In this document: positions 40,297 through 49,877 of the stretch, in pieces
How positions within the stretch are numbered: the stretch's first letter is position 1
Layout of the letters: each line of letters begins with the position of its first letter
Origin: a virus
DNA length: 64,000 nucleotides
Virus record (IMG/VR): IMGVR_UViG_3300013006_000018
Direction: 5' to 3' (one strand)
The notes under the pieces: generated by a model
The model's input: only the letters and a program-made list of their open reading frames with translations
Told to the model about the DNA's origin: nothing
Database searches by the model: none
Position numbers and translations under genes: made by a program

Positions 40297-40893
40297 CTAT
40301 TTAAGCCAAATATAAGCTGGGTCCAATGCATTGGTATCAAGATAATCCCATACCTTCCAATTATTGGTCTTTTTAACAGCTTCCACTAGGTTTGCAAGTA
40401 ATGCATTCAGATCATCAATATGCCATACATCATCAAGTAACTTTTTACCTGTTACCCGAGATTTATGTGCTATATGATCTGAATATGAGTATGCAAAACC
40501 AGTGAAGGGCGGTATCATACAACCCATGGAACAAAGAACCCCTTGCATGCGCGATACAATCTCCTTCCCCCCTACAGAATGCATGGTAACTATGACACTT
40601 ACCGGTTTACCCACTAAATGCTTTTTACCTTCAATCTGAGTCATCTTTTCAAATAACTGTTGCATCGGAGACCCCCAGGAATCCCAATATGTTCCTGAAC
40701 AAAATAATAAGCCATCACTGGTCCTAATAGTCTTACGTGCTCTTAACCAATCGAAACTAGGGGATAGATTTAATACACATACTTTTATAGAAGGATCTAT
40801 TTTTTGGAGTATTTTTCGGATCTTATTAATCAGCTGACCGGTGTTGCCAGAACGACCTCCAAGAGACCCATTTATAATAGAAATCTTCACCAC
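40297..40893 (-). CDS. flavodoxin-like NAD(P)H-dependent FMN reductase
   Basis: IINGSLGGRSGNT.., SGTYW.S.GSP, GKPVSVIVT.HSVGG. Confidence 0.8.
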   Translation of the reverse strand: MVKISIINGSLGGRSGNTGQLINKIRKILQKIDPSIKVCVLNLSPSFDWLRARKTIRTSDGLLFCSGTYWDSWGSPMQQLFEKMTQIEGKKHLVGKPVSVIVTMHSVGGKEIVSRMQGVLCSMGCMIPPFTGFAYSYSDHIAHKSRVTGKKLLDDVWHIDDLNALLANLVEAVKKTNNWKVWDYLDTNALDPAYIWLK

Positions 40894-40944
40894 ATAATGA
40901 TAGTGGAACCCATTTAGTTATCAAGAAAATTATTAAATATAGAT

Positions 40945-41904
40945 ATGGACGTCATTCCTATTAATGTTGGTTTTGTCCCAAATATTATACTATTTGGCAA
41001 TAACTTTCAATATACAAACGGTGTTTTTCTGAGTTCTAATCGTAACACTAATTTGACAAGTGTTTCGGCTTATAACTTCTTTTCAAATGTAAAGCGTCTA
41101 TCTTCTATATGCCCGCCTTTCTCTGGACAAGAAATAAACAATTATACTGTGGTAAATAGTAATACTATCAGTGTTGGATTAACATCTATCACAACCCCAG
41201 GCACCTACGATATTATCATCAAGAACGATGGAGGGTATTTTAAGACATCCTCAGCTAAAACGCTCTTGCTTAAAAGAGATACTTCAATTCCAACTCCTAC
41301 ACCGACTCCTACTCCGACACCAGCACCACCGTCTGCGTGTATTGAAGGTTGGTCATATACAAACTTTCAGGGGGCTACATTTAGGAACGGTGATCCCATT
41401 CCTGAAATTACGGATCAAGAAGCATGGAATACTGCTACAGGTCCAGGTTGGTGTTACTTTGATAATGACCCTGCCAATGATGCTATTTATGGGAAACTTT
41501 ACAACAGGTATGCTGTAGCCGATATCAGGGGGCTAGCTCCTGAAGGCTTCCATATACCAACTCTTGCCGAATGGGTTGATCTAATTACGTGCTTAGGGGG
41601 CTCAGATGCGGGTGGGGGTATATGGCCTGTTGCGGGCGCTAAGATGAAAACAACAGGTACAATTCAAGATGGGGATGGGTTGTGGAATACACCGAATGTT
41701 GCCACAAACGAAAGTCTCTTTTCAGTGGAACCAGCTGGCTGTAGAACAGGTGGTTTCATCAATCTGCACACCAGAGGCAGTTTCTGGGTGTATGATAGTG
41801 ATACCTGTATTAATTTTAATAATGGTGCCTCTTACGTTTATATCGGTGGTGATAGTGCAACAGTTGGTTATTCTATACGCTTAAAAGCAGGGCCCGGTTC
41901 ATAA
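40945..41904 (+). CDS. Ig/IPT-like domain + TP linker + FISUMP (Fibrobacter succinogenes major paralogous) domain
   Basis: FRNGDPIP..WCYFDND...YGKLYN.YAV.D.RGLAPEGFHIPT..EW..L, GYSIR; late promoter. Confidence 0.82.
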   Translation: MDVIPINVGFVPNIILFGNNFQYTNGVFLSSNRNTNLTSVSAYNFFSNVKRLSSICPPFSGQEINNYTVVNSNTISVGLTSITTPGTYDIIIKNDGGYFKTSSAKTLLLKRDTSIPTPTPTPTPTPAPPSACIEGWSYTNFQGATFRNGDPIPEITDQEAWNTATGPGWCYFDNDPANDAIYGKLYNRYAVADIRGLAPEGFHIPTLAEWVDLITCLGGSDAGGGIWPVAGAKMKTTGTIQDGDGLWNTPNVATNESLFSVEPAGCRTGGFINLHTRGSFWVYDSDTCINFNNGASYVYIGGDSATVGYSIRLKAGPGS

Positions 41905-41909
41905 AAGAA

Positions 41910-41981
41910 CTGCTCGGGTAGGGATCGAACCTACGACCAATGCATTAACAGTGCACCGCTCTACCGCTGAGCTACCGAGCA
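41910..41981 (-). tRNA. tRNA-Asn(GUU)
   Basis: GTGCA-CTGTTAA-TGCAT; full cloverleaf. Confidence 0.95.
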
Positions 41982-41984
41982 ATA

Positions 41985-42067
41985 TGGGCGGAGCTGGATT
42001 CGAACCAGCGAAGGCGTAAGCCAGCAGATTTACAGTCTGCCCCGTTTGGCCACTTCGGTATCCGCCC
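41985..42067 (-). tRNA. tRNA-Tyr(GUA)
   Basis: GCAGA-CTGTAAA-TCTGC, long V-arm. Confidence 0.95.
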
Positions 42068-42086
42068 AAAATCTTTTAAAGAACAG

Positions 42087-42171
42087 CGGGCAGAGTAGGA
42101 TTCGAACCCACGGATGCTTTCGCATCAACGGTTTTCAAGACCGTCGCTTTAGACCGCTCAGCCACCTGCCC
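42087..42171 (-). tRNA. tRNA-Ser(UGA)
   Basis: ACGGT-CTTGAAA-ACCGT, long V-arm, G73. Confidence 0.95.
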
Positions 42172-42176
42172 CGCAT

Positions 42177-42250
42177 CGCACTCACCAGGAATCGAACCTG
42201 GAACCGACGGTTTAGAAAACCGTTGCTCTATCCGGTTGAGCTATGAGTGC
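42177..42250 (-). tRNA. tRNA-Arg(UCU)
   Basis: ACGGT-TTTCTAA-ACCGT; A20 in the D loop. Confidence 0.93.
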
Positions 42251-42252
42251 AT

Positions 42253-42325
42253 TGGCGCTGACGGGATTCGAACCCGTGTATGGTCCTTGAAAGGGACCTG
42301 TCCTAGGCCCCTAGACGACAGCGCC
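42253..42325 (-). tRNA. tRNA-Glu(UUC)
   Basis: GGTCC-CTTTCAA-GGACC. Confidence 0.93.
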
Positions 42326-42373
42326 ATTCATATAATCTTATAGGTAAATATTTAAAAGTCAATTTATAAAATG

Positions 42374-42445
42374 AGCCGGTGATCGGGATTGAACCGATGA
42401 CCGACGGTTTACAAAACCGTTGCTCTACCACTGAGCTACACCGGC
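42374..42445 (-). tRNA. tRNA-Thr(UGU)
   Basis: GCCGGTG acceptor, ACGGT-TTTGTAA-ACCGT. Confidence 0.93.
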
Positions 42446-42447
42446 AT

Positions 42448-42520
42448 TGGAGGTATGGGGATTCGAACCCCAGACCTATAGCTTGCAAAGCTACCGCTCT
42501 ACCAACTGAGCTATACCCCC
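42448..42520 (-). tRNA. tRNA-Ala(UGC)
   Basis: G3:U70, GTAGC-TTTGCAA-GCTAT. Confidence 0.95.
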
Positions 42521-42528
42521 AGTTCATT

Positions 42529-42600
42529 CTGCCAGGCTAGGATTCGAACCTAGAACAGGCAGATCCAAAGTCTGCTGTGCTACCATTGCACCACCTGGCA
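42529..42600 (-). tRNA. tRNA-Gln(UUG)
   Basis: U1:A72, GCAGA-CTTTGGA-TCTGC. Confidence 0.94.
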
Positions 42601-42602
42601 AA

Positions 42603-42674
42603 TAGGCGATAAGGGATTCGAACCCCTGACCCTCTCCGTGTAAGGGAGACGCTCTACCGCTGAGCTAATCGCCT
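42603..42674 (-). tRNA. tRNA-Val(UAC)
   Basis: TCTCC-CTTACAC-GGAGA; TTGCAT-16-TAAACT promoter upstream. Confidence 0.94.
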
Positions 42675-42748
42675 GTTAAGAGAGTTTAATAGAAAGAATT
42701 GCAAATGCAATAATTACGTATCCGTTAACCTACTGAAACTGATACTAT

Positions 42749-44338
42749 TTAAAGAGGAGTAATAGCATATTTGTCCATTAGATATGCCTCAACTTCCTGA
42801 ATTTCTGATGTTGTGATCGCTCTATTGTAAAATATAATTTCATAAACATACATTTCTGTAGAAGCTTCTGCATTATATCCACTTCCCTCGCCAAATGGTG
42901 AGGCTCCAATAAAAACAGAGGCGCTATTGGTTTCATTAAGTCCGTAACCATCATTATCACCAGTTCCAACTTGTACTTCTGCTCCATTGTATCTTATGAG
43001 GCCAGAAGAATCTGAAGTGAACTGAGATACTATAATTCTTTTTATATTAACATCATCTCCTGTACCAGTACCATAACTAATACCAGTATCTTGACCATTA
43101 GTACTTTCAAGACTCCCAATAACCCCTCCGTTTACATATATTTGATATTTTCTTCGTTTACTGTCATCATTTGATTTACTGAATACACATGAATTGTTTG
43201 CTCCTGCGCGCACTAGAGTAATTAACGTATATGGACCTGTTAAATTTAGACTTTCGCTTGGTAGAGCCAATATTGATGCGTTAGGATCACCGTAAGTATT
43301 ATTTGCTGTGAATAATAATGCTCCATTAGAAAACGTTGGGAATCCCGTGTTGTCTATGCTTTTTGTAAAGTTTCTAGAATTTCCACTTTGATCCGCCCAA
43401 GCTGATACAACCTCCATCATTACACTTGATGTTGTAATGCTTCCAATAATAGAACCAGAAGGGATTGCTGTAACGGATGTGGTTACTGGATTACCTACAT
43501 CTCGCTCGGAGTTTCCATATACTGCTGTCGGTGCTGGTGCGTCACCATTTTCTGTTACCCAAGCTCCCTCTGGTTGTTGGTTATAGTTTCTATACTGATC
43601 ATTAGGTCCAACAAACCAAAAGTTATCATTATCATCATATGAAATACTTCTGGAGCTAGATGCGGTGAAATTAGAAGATTCAATATCAATCTGACTGTCT
43701 GACCTTGTATATATCCCATTTATTGATGTTGTTCCAGCATTTGAAAGTGTTATTGTGCTAAAATATTCTGCTGGAGTCCAGGCTCCAGCGTAATTACCAG
43801 TAGTATTGTAAGCAATTGCAATGTCGTTTGGTATATATCTGATAGCATTACCGTCTATTAAAAAGTCTCCATTAAGTAGTGCTTCATAATCAGAAGAGTA
43901 AGTATAGGTACCGTTTGCACCTGCATAAATACCAGTAAATCCAGAAATAACAACTTGAGTAAAGTATTGAGAGGATATTGCCCAAGTCTGTCCATCGGAA
44001 GACTCGACATAGGCATAACCAGCACCCGTATCACTTTCTAAAACAAACGCGTTTGCATTCCAATACATATCAAACCCATTTGATGGACCAGAAAAACTAT
44101 AGCTATTGACGTAACCTTCATAAGATGGAACTGATGTTGCCGTATATGTCCCACTTAAGGTGCTTGTTCCAGAAATTATAATTTGTGAGACATAGTTGTA
44201 GGCAGGTGCTTGAATGTTACTTACTCCAGCATCAGCTTTCAACCAGAGGGATAGTCCGGCAATGTTGGTAGGGGAAAAAAGAGTAGAAAACGGCTTGCTG
44301 GAACTACTGATTCCTAGTCCTAAACTAAGGCGAGGCAT
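42749..44338 (-). CDS. LamG/concanavalin-like virion decoration protein with internal inserted repeats
   Basis: MPRLSLGLG N-terminus; LSLWLKADAG ... VSAWADQSGN ... EIIFYNRA...E...VEAYL..KY. Confidence 0.72.
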   Translation of the reverse strand: MPRLSLGLGISSSSKPFSTLFSPTNIAGLSLWLKADAGVSNIQAPAYNYVSQIIISGTSTLSGTYTATSVPSYEGYVNSYSFSGPSNGFDMYWNANAFVLESDTGAGYAYVESSDGQTWAISSQYFTQVVISGFTGIYAGANGTYTYSSDYEALLNGDFLIDGNAIRYIPNDIAIAYNTTGNYAGAWTPAEYFSTITLSNAGTTSINGIYTRSDSQIDIESSNFTASSSRSISYDDNDNFWFVGPNDQYRNYNQQPEGAWVTENGDAPAPTAVYGNSERDVGNPVTTSVTAIPSGSIIGSITTSSVMMEVVSAWADQSGNSRNFTKSIDNTGFPTFSNGALLFTANNTYGDPNASILALPSESLNLTGPYTLITLVRAGANNSCVFSKSNDDSKRRKYQIYVNGGVIGSLESTNGQDTGISYGTGTGDDVNIKRIIVSQFTSDSSGLIRYNGAEVQVGTGDNDGYGLNETNSASVFIGASPFGEGSGYNAEASTEMYVYEIIFYNRAITTSEIQEVEAYLMDKYAITPL

Positions 44339-44342
44339 AACA

Positions 44343-45260
44343 TCATTTGAAAGCTATGATCGCCCCATAAGACAATGTGAGACTAGTGATGGGAGCTGTC
44401 AGGATAAAGTTTTGTGGTAATTCATAATCAACTAATCCTGTTGTGGTGGAGTTAGCAATGGCAATAGCTGAAAACTTACATGCACTCAACACCTGTATGG
44501 CATTGAAGTTTTGTGTGACTGTGCCATTAGAAGGCTGGCAAAATACTACACCATTGATTCCTAATTGATTGCCTAGCAGTGCAGAAACAGAATTGACTAA
44601 TGTGTTGGTTCTAGTAAGCAATGTTTCAATATCAGCAATATTAGTATTGATGGTGCCTACAGCTGTGTTGATGGTACCTACAGCTGTGTTGATAGTACCA
44701 ACATTGGTGTTAGTAGTACCTACAGCTGTGTTGATAGTACCAACATTAGTGTTAGTAGTACCTACAGCTGTGTTGATGGTACCTACAGCTGTGTTGATAG
44801 TACCAACATCAGCTACATTAGCAGAAACAGAATTGACCAATGCATTGGTTCTAGTAAGCAATGTTTCAATGTCAGCTACATTAGTGTTGATGGTACCAAC
44901 ATTGGTGTTAGTAGTGCCAATGTTATTGGAAATGGTTGTTAATGTACTCTCTACCGCATCTGTGTTATTTTTAATTGTAGTAACATCAGGGGAAATAACA
45001 TTTAAAATGTTTTCTACATCTGCTAGATTTACATTGATATTTTCTGCAGAAAGAGAAACCTTAATATCCTCGGGGTTTGCCAGATATGTTACTACCGCAT
45101 ACTTCGAAAATATATCAACAGAGCTTAATGAATACCCAGAATCCCTATAATCCCATTTTATTACAGAAACGGGCGGAAAACGTAAATCATTTGTTATTTC
45201 TACAAATTTGTTAGATTCAGGTAACTGCGGTGTACCGAAAAAGTTTGATTGATAAGCCAT
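44343..45260 (-). CDS. coiled-coil stalk protein with heptad repeats and a small C-terminal beta domain
   Basis: (TAVGTIN/TNVGTIN)n; TAAATA-N5-ATG. Confidence 0.75.
   Translation of the reverse strand: MAYQSNFFGTPQLPESNKFVEITNDLRFPPVSVIKWDYRDSGYSLSSVDIFSKYAVVTYLANPEDIKVSLSAENINVNLADVENILNVISPDVTTIKNNTDAVESTLTTISNNIGTTNTNVGTINTNVADIETLLTRTNALVNSVSANVADVGTINTAVGTINTAVGTTNTNVGTINTAVGTTNTNVGTINTAVGTINTAVGTINTNIADIETLLTRTNTLVNSVSALLGNQLGINGVVFCQPSNGTVTQNFNAIQVLSACKFSAIAIANSTTTGLVDYELPQNFILTAPITSLTLSYGAIIAFK
44640..44930. repeat. 21-bp tandem repeats encoding heptads
   Basis: Recurring GTTGAT(G/A)GTACC(T/A)ACA(GC/T)T units; a larger segment is duplicated at 44581 and 44821. Confidence 0.85.
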
Positions 45261-45282
45261 ACAATTATTTATGTTTTATGCA

Positions 45283-45645
45283 CTATTTTAATGACAATAA
45301 ATATTTAAGTCTATTAAGTATAGCAAGCATTTCATCACGAATGTTTAGTAAGTCTGTATCTGTATCTGCAAGTTCGGATGTATAACCGTTAAGTTTATTA
45401 ACATAAATGTCTACGAATTCTATTAAGTTAACTCCTTCTATGTTTTGAAGTTCAAAATGAAAGGATGTTTTTGCCTTAGGACGACCGTATTTACCAATAA
45501 ACACTTCTACAAAACTATCAATGATACCGTCTAAGCTTTCATAAGCCTTGCCGAGAGCTTTATGCTGACTAAATTCTGTTGTCTGCCAATGAAAAATTCT
45601 TAACTGTTGTTGCAGGGTAATTAGCGGTGTAATAACCGGGCTCAT
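45283..45645 (-). CDS. ferritin/Dps-like four-helix protein (DUF5856-like)
   Basis: HWQT...HKAL...YE.LD..ID.FVE..IGKYG; NIRDE...YLL. Confidence 0.78.
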   Translation of the reverse strand: MSPVITPLITLQQQLRIFHWQTTEFSQHKALGKAYESLDGIIDSFVEVFIGKYGRPKAKTSFHFELQNIEGVNLIEFVDIYVNKLNGYTSELADTDTDLLNIRDEMLAILNRLKYLLSLK

Positions 45646-45689
45646 AAATTTACTTATAAAAAATAGGGCTGTTTACCATATATATTTAT

Positions 45690-45911
45690 ATGGCAGCAGG
45701 CAAAACAGCAAGTCACGGAAAACCCGGGCATAATACTTCACATCATAAGACACGTTTTATTGGCAATGATAAAGTTACTCCGGTTTTTTATGCAGGACAT
45801 AACTTAAAGCATGGTTCTTATATAGCAGGGCACGTTAACGGTAAAACCGTTGAAGATGCTAATGGTAGGCCTATTCCTTTTAAGCAAATAGGTGAGTTAA
45901 GAGCTGCTTAA
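45690..45911 (+). CDS. small basic hypothetical protein
   Basis: 73-aa ORF filling the gap between minus-strand units. Confidence 0.65.
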   Translation: MAAGKTASHGKPGHNTSHHKTRFIGNDKVTPVFYAGHNLKHGSYIAGHVNGKTVEDANGRPIPFKQIGELRAA

Positions 45912-47587
45912 TTTTCTCTTCTTAAATCTCTACTGTAGTGCACAAACCGATCGTGCTCTATAGGGGATAATAATAGTATAGCACTTCTAATCATTTTCTC
46001 TTTAGTTTGTTGATATATATATGACATCCATGTTTGTTCGTAGGGGTGTGCCCATTTTACATCAAGAAACATTTTCTGATTTCCTTCTCTTGATACAATC
46101 TGAGGCCAATTACAATAATATATTTCTCCGTCTGCATAGACTAAGGATTGATATGATTTAATGTTATTAAAGCTTGTTCTTGGTGGATTTGGATCTAACC
46201 CAAGCTTAGGTAGTCTTGTTTTAAATGGAAAGTATTCTTCTCTTTTTACCTGTGGTAAATTATACCAAGACCATTGAGTACTATTGTCACCAAAAAATTC
46301 TTTAAAGCTAAGCTTTAAGAAATCATACCCCTCTATATTCATAATAGAAATAACCTTATCAAATATATTTTCTGTATATCTATTAAAACCAAGAGGGCAA
46401 ATTTCTGTAGTTTCGGGAAGAATAAACATATCATCTTCCAAGAAGATACTATAATCACAATCAGTTTCTGCAAAATGCTCAGCGGCAAACTGCCGTCCTC
46501 CACATATACCTATATTATCTTTTTTAATTCTAACAAAGTTATACTTTTCACATAATTCACTATAACGTTCGTTAGTAGAAATATCTGTGCTATTATCAAT
46601 TAAGAAGTTTATCGTATTCGTAATAAATTTATTATGATAGGAATAAGAAATACATAGCTTTTCAAATTGATCTGGTGAATTAAACGTCAATACATAAAGA
46701 GCTACTTTAGCATTTATTATATTCTTTTTGTTAGTTGTTGTTGTTACGATTTTTGTTTTAACGGTATCATTTTTTAAATTTTCAAAGAACATTCCTATTA
46801 GACCGTTATCTTCTAATACAAATCTATCATACATCTCGGGGCGCTGGTGGGCCATGATTGTAAAGATAGATTCTTCTGTTCCCATGTAATCCTCTGAAAG
46901 AGTTTGTTGCAGAAGACCATAGTAATGCCCGTTTGCCTGCTTTATGTGATCAATATTACCGCCAAAGAAACCACCCCGACAAACATACTTTACATAATCA
47001 ATATCACAAAATTTATTCATTCCCTCTCTATCAAATCCATGAATCTCATTACCCCCTTCATAAGGGAAGGAAAGAAATAAGAATTTCTGTAAGATCGATT
47101 CAAGTTTATCTTGCACTTTATCGTGGGTGAAGTAACCTGGGTGTACTGTATTGGTTATACCCCCGTCAATCCATACTAAGTAATCTGATCCAAAGGGATT
47201 AAAGCAAGCTTGATCATGCAACATGAACATCTTGCACATGACCATAGGATTGTACAATTCTAAAGTGGCTTGCGTACTTTGTTTTAACCATTCAACTTGA
47301 TTGGACCAATTAGGATCGAGCCTTATCTTTTGGGCTTGTTTATAGAAATCAAATTTTTCTCGAAATTCATCAATTTCCTTTATATGAACACGGGTGTTTT
47401 CCTTCCTTCTATGCTGCCAAACTAAATCTTCATATTTTTTCTCAATATAAATAGCCATGTTCACATCGGCTTGCATGAGTTTTATAAAATTATCAATATA
47501 ATGTTGAAATGGTCGCTTGAACCCTTCGCCGGCCTGATCCCGACGTAAATCCCAGATACCTGTTACAAATGTTATGTTCTTAGACAT
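45908..47587 (-). CDS. HtrL/YibB(WlaTC)-like glycosyltransferase fused to a GT-A-like domain
   Basis: TFVTGIWDL, NPFGSDYLVWIDGG, GGFFGG, GTEE; second domain DNS..N.GICGGRQ..FLEDD; start taken at MSKNITF. Confidence 0.75.
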   Translation of the reverse strand: MSKNITFVTGIWDLRRDQAGEGFKRPFQHYIDNFIKLMQADVNMAIYIEKKYEDLVWQHRRKENTRVHIKEIDEFREKFDFYKQAQKIRLDPNWSNQVEWLKQSTQATLELYNPMVMCKMFMLHDQACFNPFGSDYLVWIDGGITNTVHPGYFTHDKVQDKLESILQKFLFLSFPYEGGNEIHGFDREGMNKFCDIDYVKYVCRGGFFGGNIDHIKQANGHYYGLLQQTLSEDYMGTEESIFTIMAHQRPEMYDRFVLEDNGLIGMFFENLKNDTVKTKIVTTTTNKKNIINAKVALYVLTFNSPDQFEKLCISYSYHNKFITNTINFLIDNSTDISTNERYSELCEKYNFVRIKKDNIGICGGRQFAAEHFAETDCDYSIFLEDDMFILPETTEICPLGFNRYTENIFDKVISIMNIEGYDFLKLSFKEFFGDNSTQWSWYNLPQVKREEYFPFKTRLPKLGLDPNPPRTSFNNIKSYQSLVYADGEIYYCNWPQIVSREGNQKMFLDVKWAHPYEQTWMSYIYQQTKEKMIRSAILLLSPIEHDRFVHYSRDLRREN

Positions 47588-47591
47588 CGTT

Positions 47592-48485
47592 TTAATAATT
47601 AGCAAAGATCTTATAAAAGCTATTAGCTTCACCAGAAAGATAACTAGTTCTTTCCCCAGGTGAAAAAAACCACCATAAGTCAAAAAGCTTTAAATCAAAC
47701 ATCTCAGGGAATATTGAATATAGTGCACTTAGTATAGGCTCTTCCGTACCGTACATTTTTTTGTCGATATAGAGGTTTAGCATTTCCTTGTATCTTTCAA
47801 AGAATATATTGTAAATGTCTCTATGACCACCAAATATACCGCCGATGACATGCTTCAACAGCTGTGGTTTATGTTCTAGTTTGTAGTATTCCTGGATCAT
47901 TAGCTCCTGATCGCCCACCATGCCTTGCATAGGGAGAGCACAACTAAATATTTTGCTTAAGTCTAAACTGTCATATATTTTATTTCCAAGAGCAGGCGTA
48001 AACATATTGGTTGTATTATGCGGATAATACCACTCTCTTTTTACTGGTATACGCATCTCTACCCCACCGACCTTCTCCGGAAAGATACCGTGATGCATTA
48101 AACCTGCATCGACCCAGAACGCTACGTCTGAATTAAAATATTTGTTATCAAGTACTTGCTTTACCCAGAACGCTTTTGAATAACAGAGCACTTCATTACG
48201 ATTCTTAGCTACGATACTTTCATATATTTCTTTTTTAAATGCCATGAATTTATCATGAAATTCAAATGCTGAAAGATCTTGTCCAATAACTTTAAAGTCG
48301 TTTATTGCATACTCAGATAGAAATTTTTCTGTTCTCTCGACACTATCATGATCTGTAAATAATACTAAGGGTTTGTTTAGGTTAAGAATGTTTACAAGGG
48401 TGGATTGATAGACGGCTAAATCCCACCCTCTTCCACCATAGATATCACTATCTCTACAACCATATACACAGGTAACTAAAGTCAC
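47592..48485 (-). CDS. HtrL/YibB(WlaTC)-like glycosyltransferase
   Basis: TLVTC, FWVDAG, GGIFGG, GTEE. Confidence 0.75.
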   Translation of the reverse strand: MTLVTCVYGCRDSDIYGGRGWDLAVYQSTLVNILNLNKPLVLFTDHDSVERTEKFLSEYAINDFKVIGQDLSAFEFHDKFMAFKKEIYESIVAKNRNEVLCYSKAFWVKQVLDNKYFNSDVAFWVDAGLMHHGIFPEKVGGVEMRIPVKREWYYPHNTTNMFTPALGNKIYDSLDLSKIFSCALPMQGMVGDQELMIQEYYKLEHKPQLLKHVIGGIFGGHRDIYNIFFERYKEMLNLYIDKKMYGTEEPILSALYSIFPEMFDLKLFDLWWFFSPGERTSYLSGEANSFYKIFANY

Positions 48486-48514
48486 TTAATAATTTATTTT
48501 TACTGTATAGGTTT

Positions 48515-49126
48515 TCAAGATAATATTCGCTTACACTCTTGAATAAAGATATCTTGTCTTTCTTGTTTGCGTACTTCAAAACAATGAAACGTATTATTTG
48601 AATAATGTGTGCCGATTCCAAATTCAAAATTATAAAACCCTGTATTACATTTCCAGAGCGGTATTAAGCATTTCTCAGGAAATGAAAAAACAATTTCTAT
48701 ATTTTTAATGCGGGTAATAATTGAAAATCTTTCTGCAACGTCAATTTCTTTATCTTCATAGAAGCCGCCACAAAAGGAGTCACATTCCACCTTGTTATAG
48801 GTATATTTTGTAAAGTTTAAAAAGCTAGGAGCGACATAAGGGTATGAGTTAGATGTTTGTGCATTTCCATATATACATGGGCTTTTATTGATGATACTCT
48901 TTGCTTCGTCAAAAACACCTGCACTAGTAGGGATAAGATCCACATCGAGAATAGAGATTGAATCCCACTCTTCCTTTTTTAAGAAAGTTTCTATAGCTTC
49001 ATGATGGTGTGTTTGGAAGGGTACTTGAAGTAAAGGAATATTAAATTTTTCAAAGACTTTCTTTTGATACGAAGCAATTTCACTGTTTAAATCGTTTTTA
49101 TAAAACGATACTGTTTTATGTATCAT
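48515..49126 (-). CDS. putative nucleotide-diphospho-sugar transferase (GT-A)
   Basis: ILDVDLIP DxD motif, inside the GT cluster. Confidence 0.6.
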   Translation of the reverse strand: MIHKTVSFYKNDLNSEIASYQKKVFEKFNIPLLQVPFQTHHHEAIETFLKKEEWDSISILDVDLIPTSAGVFDEAKSIINKSPCIYGNAQTSNSYPYVAPSFLNFTKYTYNKVECDSFCGGFYEDKEIDVAERFSIITRIKNIEIVFSFPEKCLIPLWKCNTGFYNFEFGIGTHYSNNTFHCFEVRKQERQDIFIQECKRILS

Positions 49127-49877
49127 AATTTATTTGTATCCATTTCTCCGGGTATATGTCGGTTGTATTGAAGTTATTATAACCTATGCCAAACCATTTA
49201 CTACGGGTAGGGCATATTATTTTTTTGTTTAGGTTTTTATTTAAATATGCAGCCCACCAGCTGAAGGTAGAATTACATATAATATTATCTTGACATAAAG
49301 ACATTAAAACAAAATCTTCATGAGGCTGTAATGAATAGAAATCGCAATCTATATCTCTAAAAGCTTCTTTACACCATTCTATATCATCTGAAAAGACGCT
49401 AAACTTCTTACAGCTTGTTTGTTCGATAGCTTTTAAAAAGTAGTTTCTTGGAGTAACCGGATGAAAGTCTTGTTGTGTGAGGTAATCGGTTCTTCTTACA
49501 TGAATACTGCATGTAGAGCCTATAGAAGGATAAAGCTCCTGGAGTTTAACCAGATCATCTTTAAAAGCAAAAATTTCAAATATTTCGTCTTTAATATTAG
49601 AAAAGAATTTTTCACTTTGATAGTAGCCTAGGAATTCATGAGAACCGTCCAGGATGATATCATAATAGTTCCATTGTAGTTGACTGTATGTTTTACTAGG
49701 TAGCGCTGTTATAATGGGAAGTGTATTTTTAAATATATGATTGACGTTTAAATCAAAATGCGTACCGTAGCTTAAATTGTTTTTTTTTGCTGTAGCTATG
49801 GTAGCAGCTATCTGAAATAGCTTATTACCGAAGCGGCCGTTCCTATCGTTGAAAACCAGGGTTTGTGACATTTTCAA
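49116..49877 (-). CDS. alpha-1,2-fucosyltransferase-like, family GT11
   Basis: GRFGNKLFQ, GYYQSEKFF, HVRRTDY, FSDDIEWC, NSTFSWWAAYL. Confidence 0.9.
   Translation of the reverse strand: MKMSQTLVFNDRNGRFGNKLFQIAATIATAKKNNLSYGTHFDLNVNHIFKNTLPIITALPSKTYSQLQWNYYDIILDGSHEFLGYYQSEKFFSNIKDEIFEIFAFKDDLVKLQELYPSIGSTCSIHVRRTDYLTQQDFHPVTPRNYFLKAIEQTSCKKFSVFSDDIEWCKEAFRDIDCDFYSLQPHEDFVLMSLCQDNIICNSTFSWWAAYLNKNLNKKIICPTRSKWFGIGYNNFNTTDIYPEKWIQINYDT

Noticed and set aside
42046-42527. ORFs 42046..42246, 42303..42527 and 19970..20185
   Set aside because: They overlap well-formed tRNA genes.
47588-47683. N-terminal extension of the 591-aa ORF in the track (likewise 26504..26548 and 33631..33654)
   Set aside because: It overlaps the upstream gene or promoter. 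Family motif and promoter geometry favour the downstream ATG.
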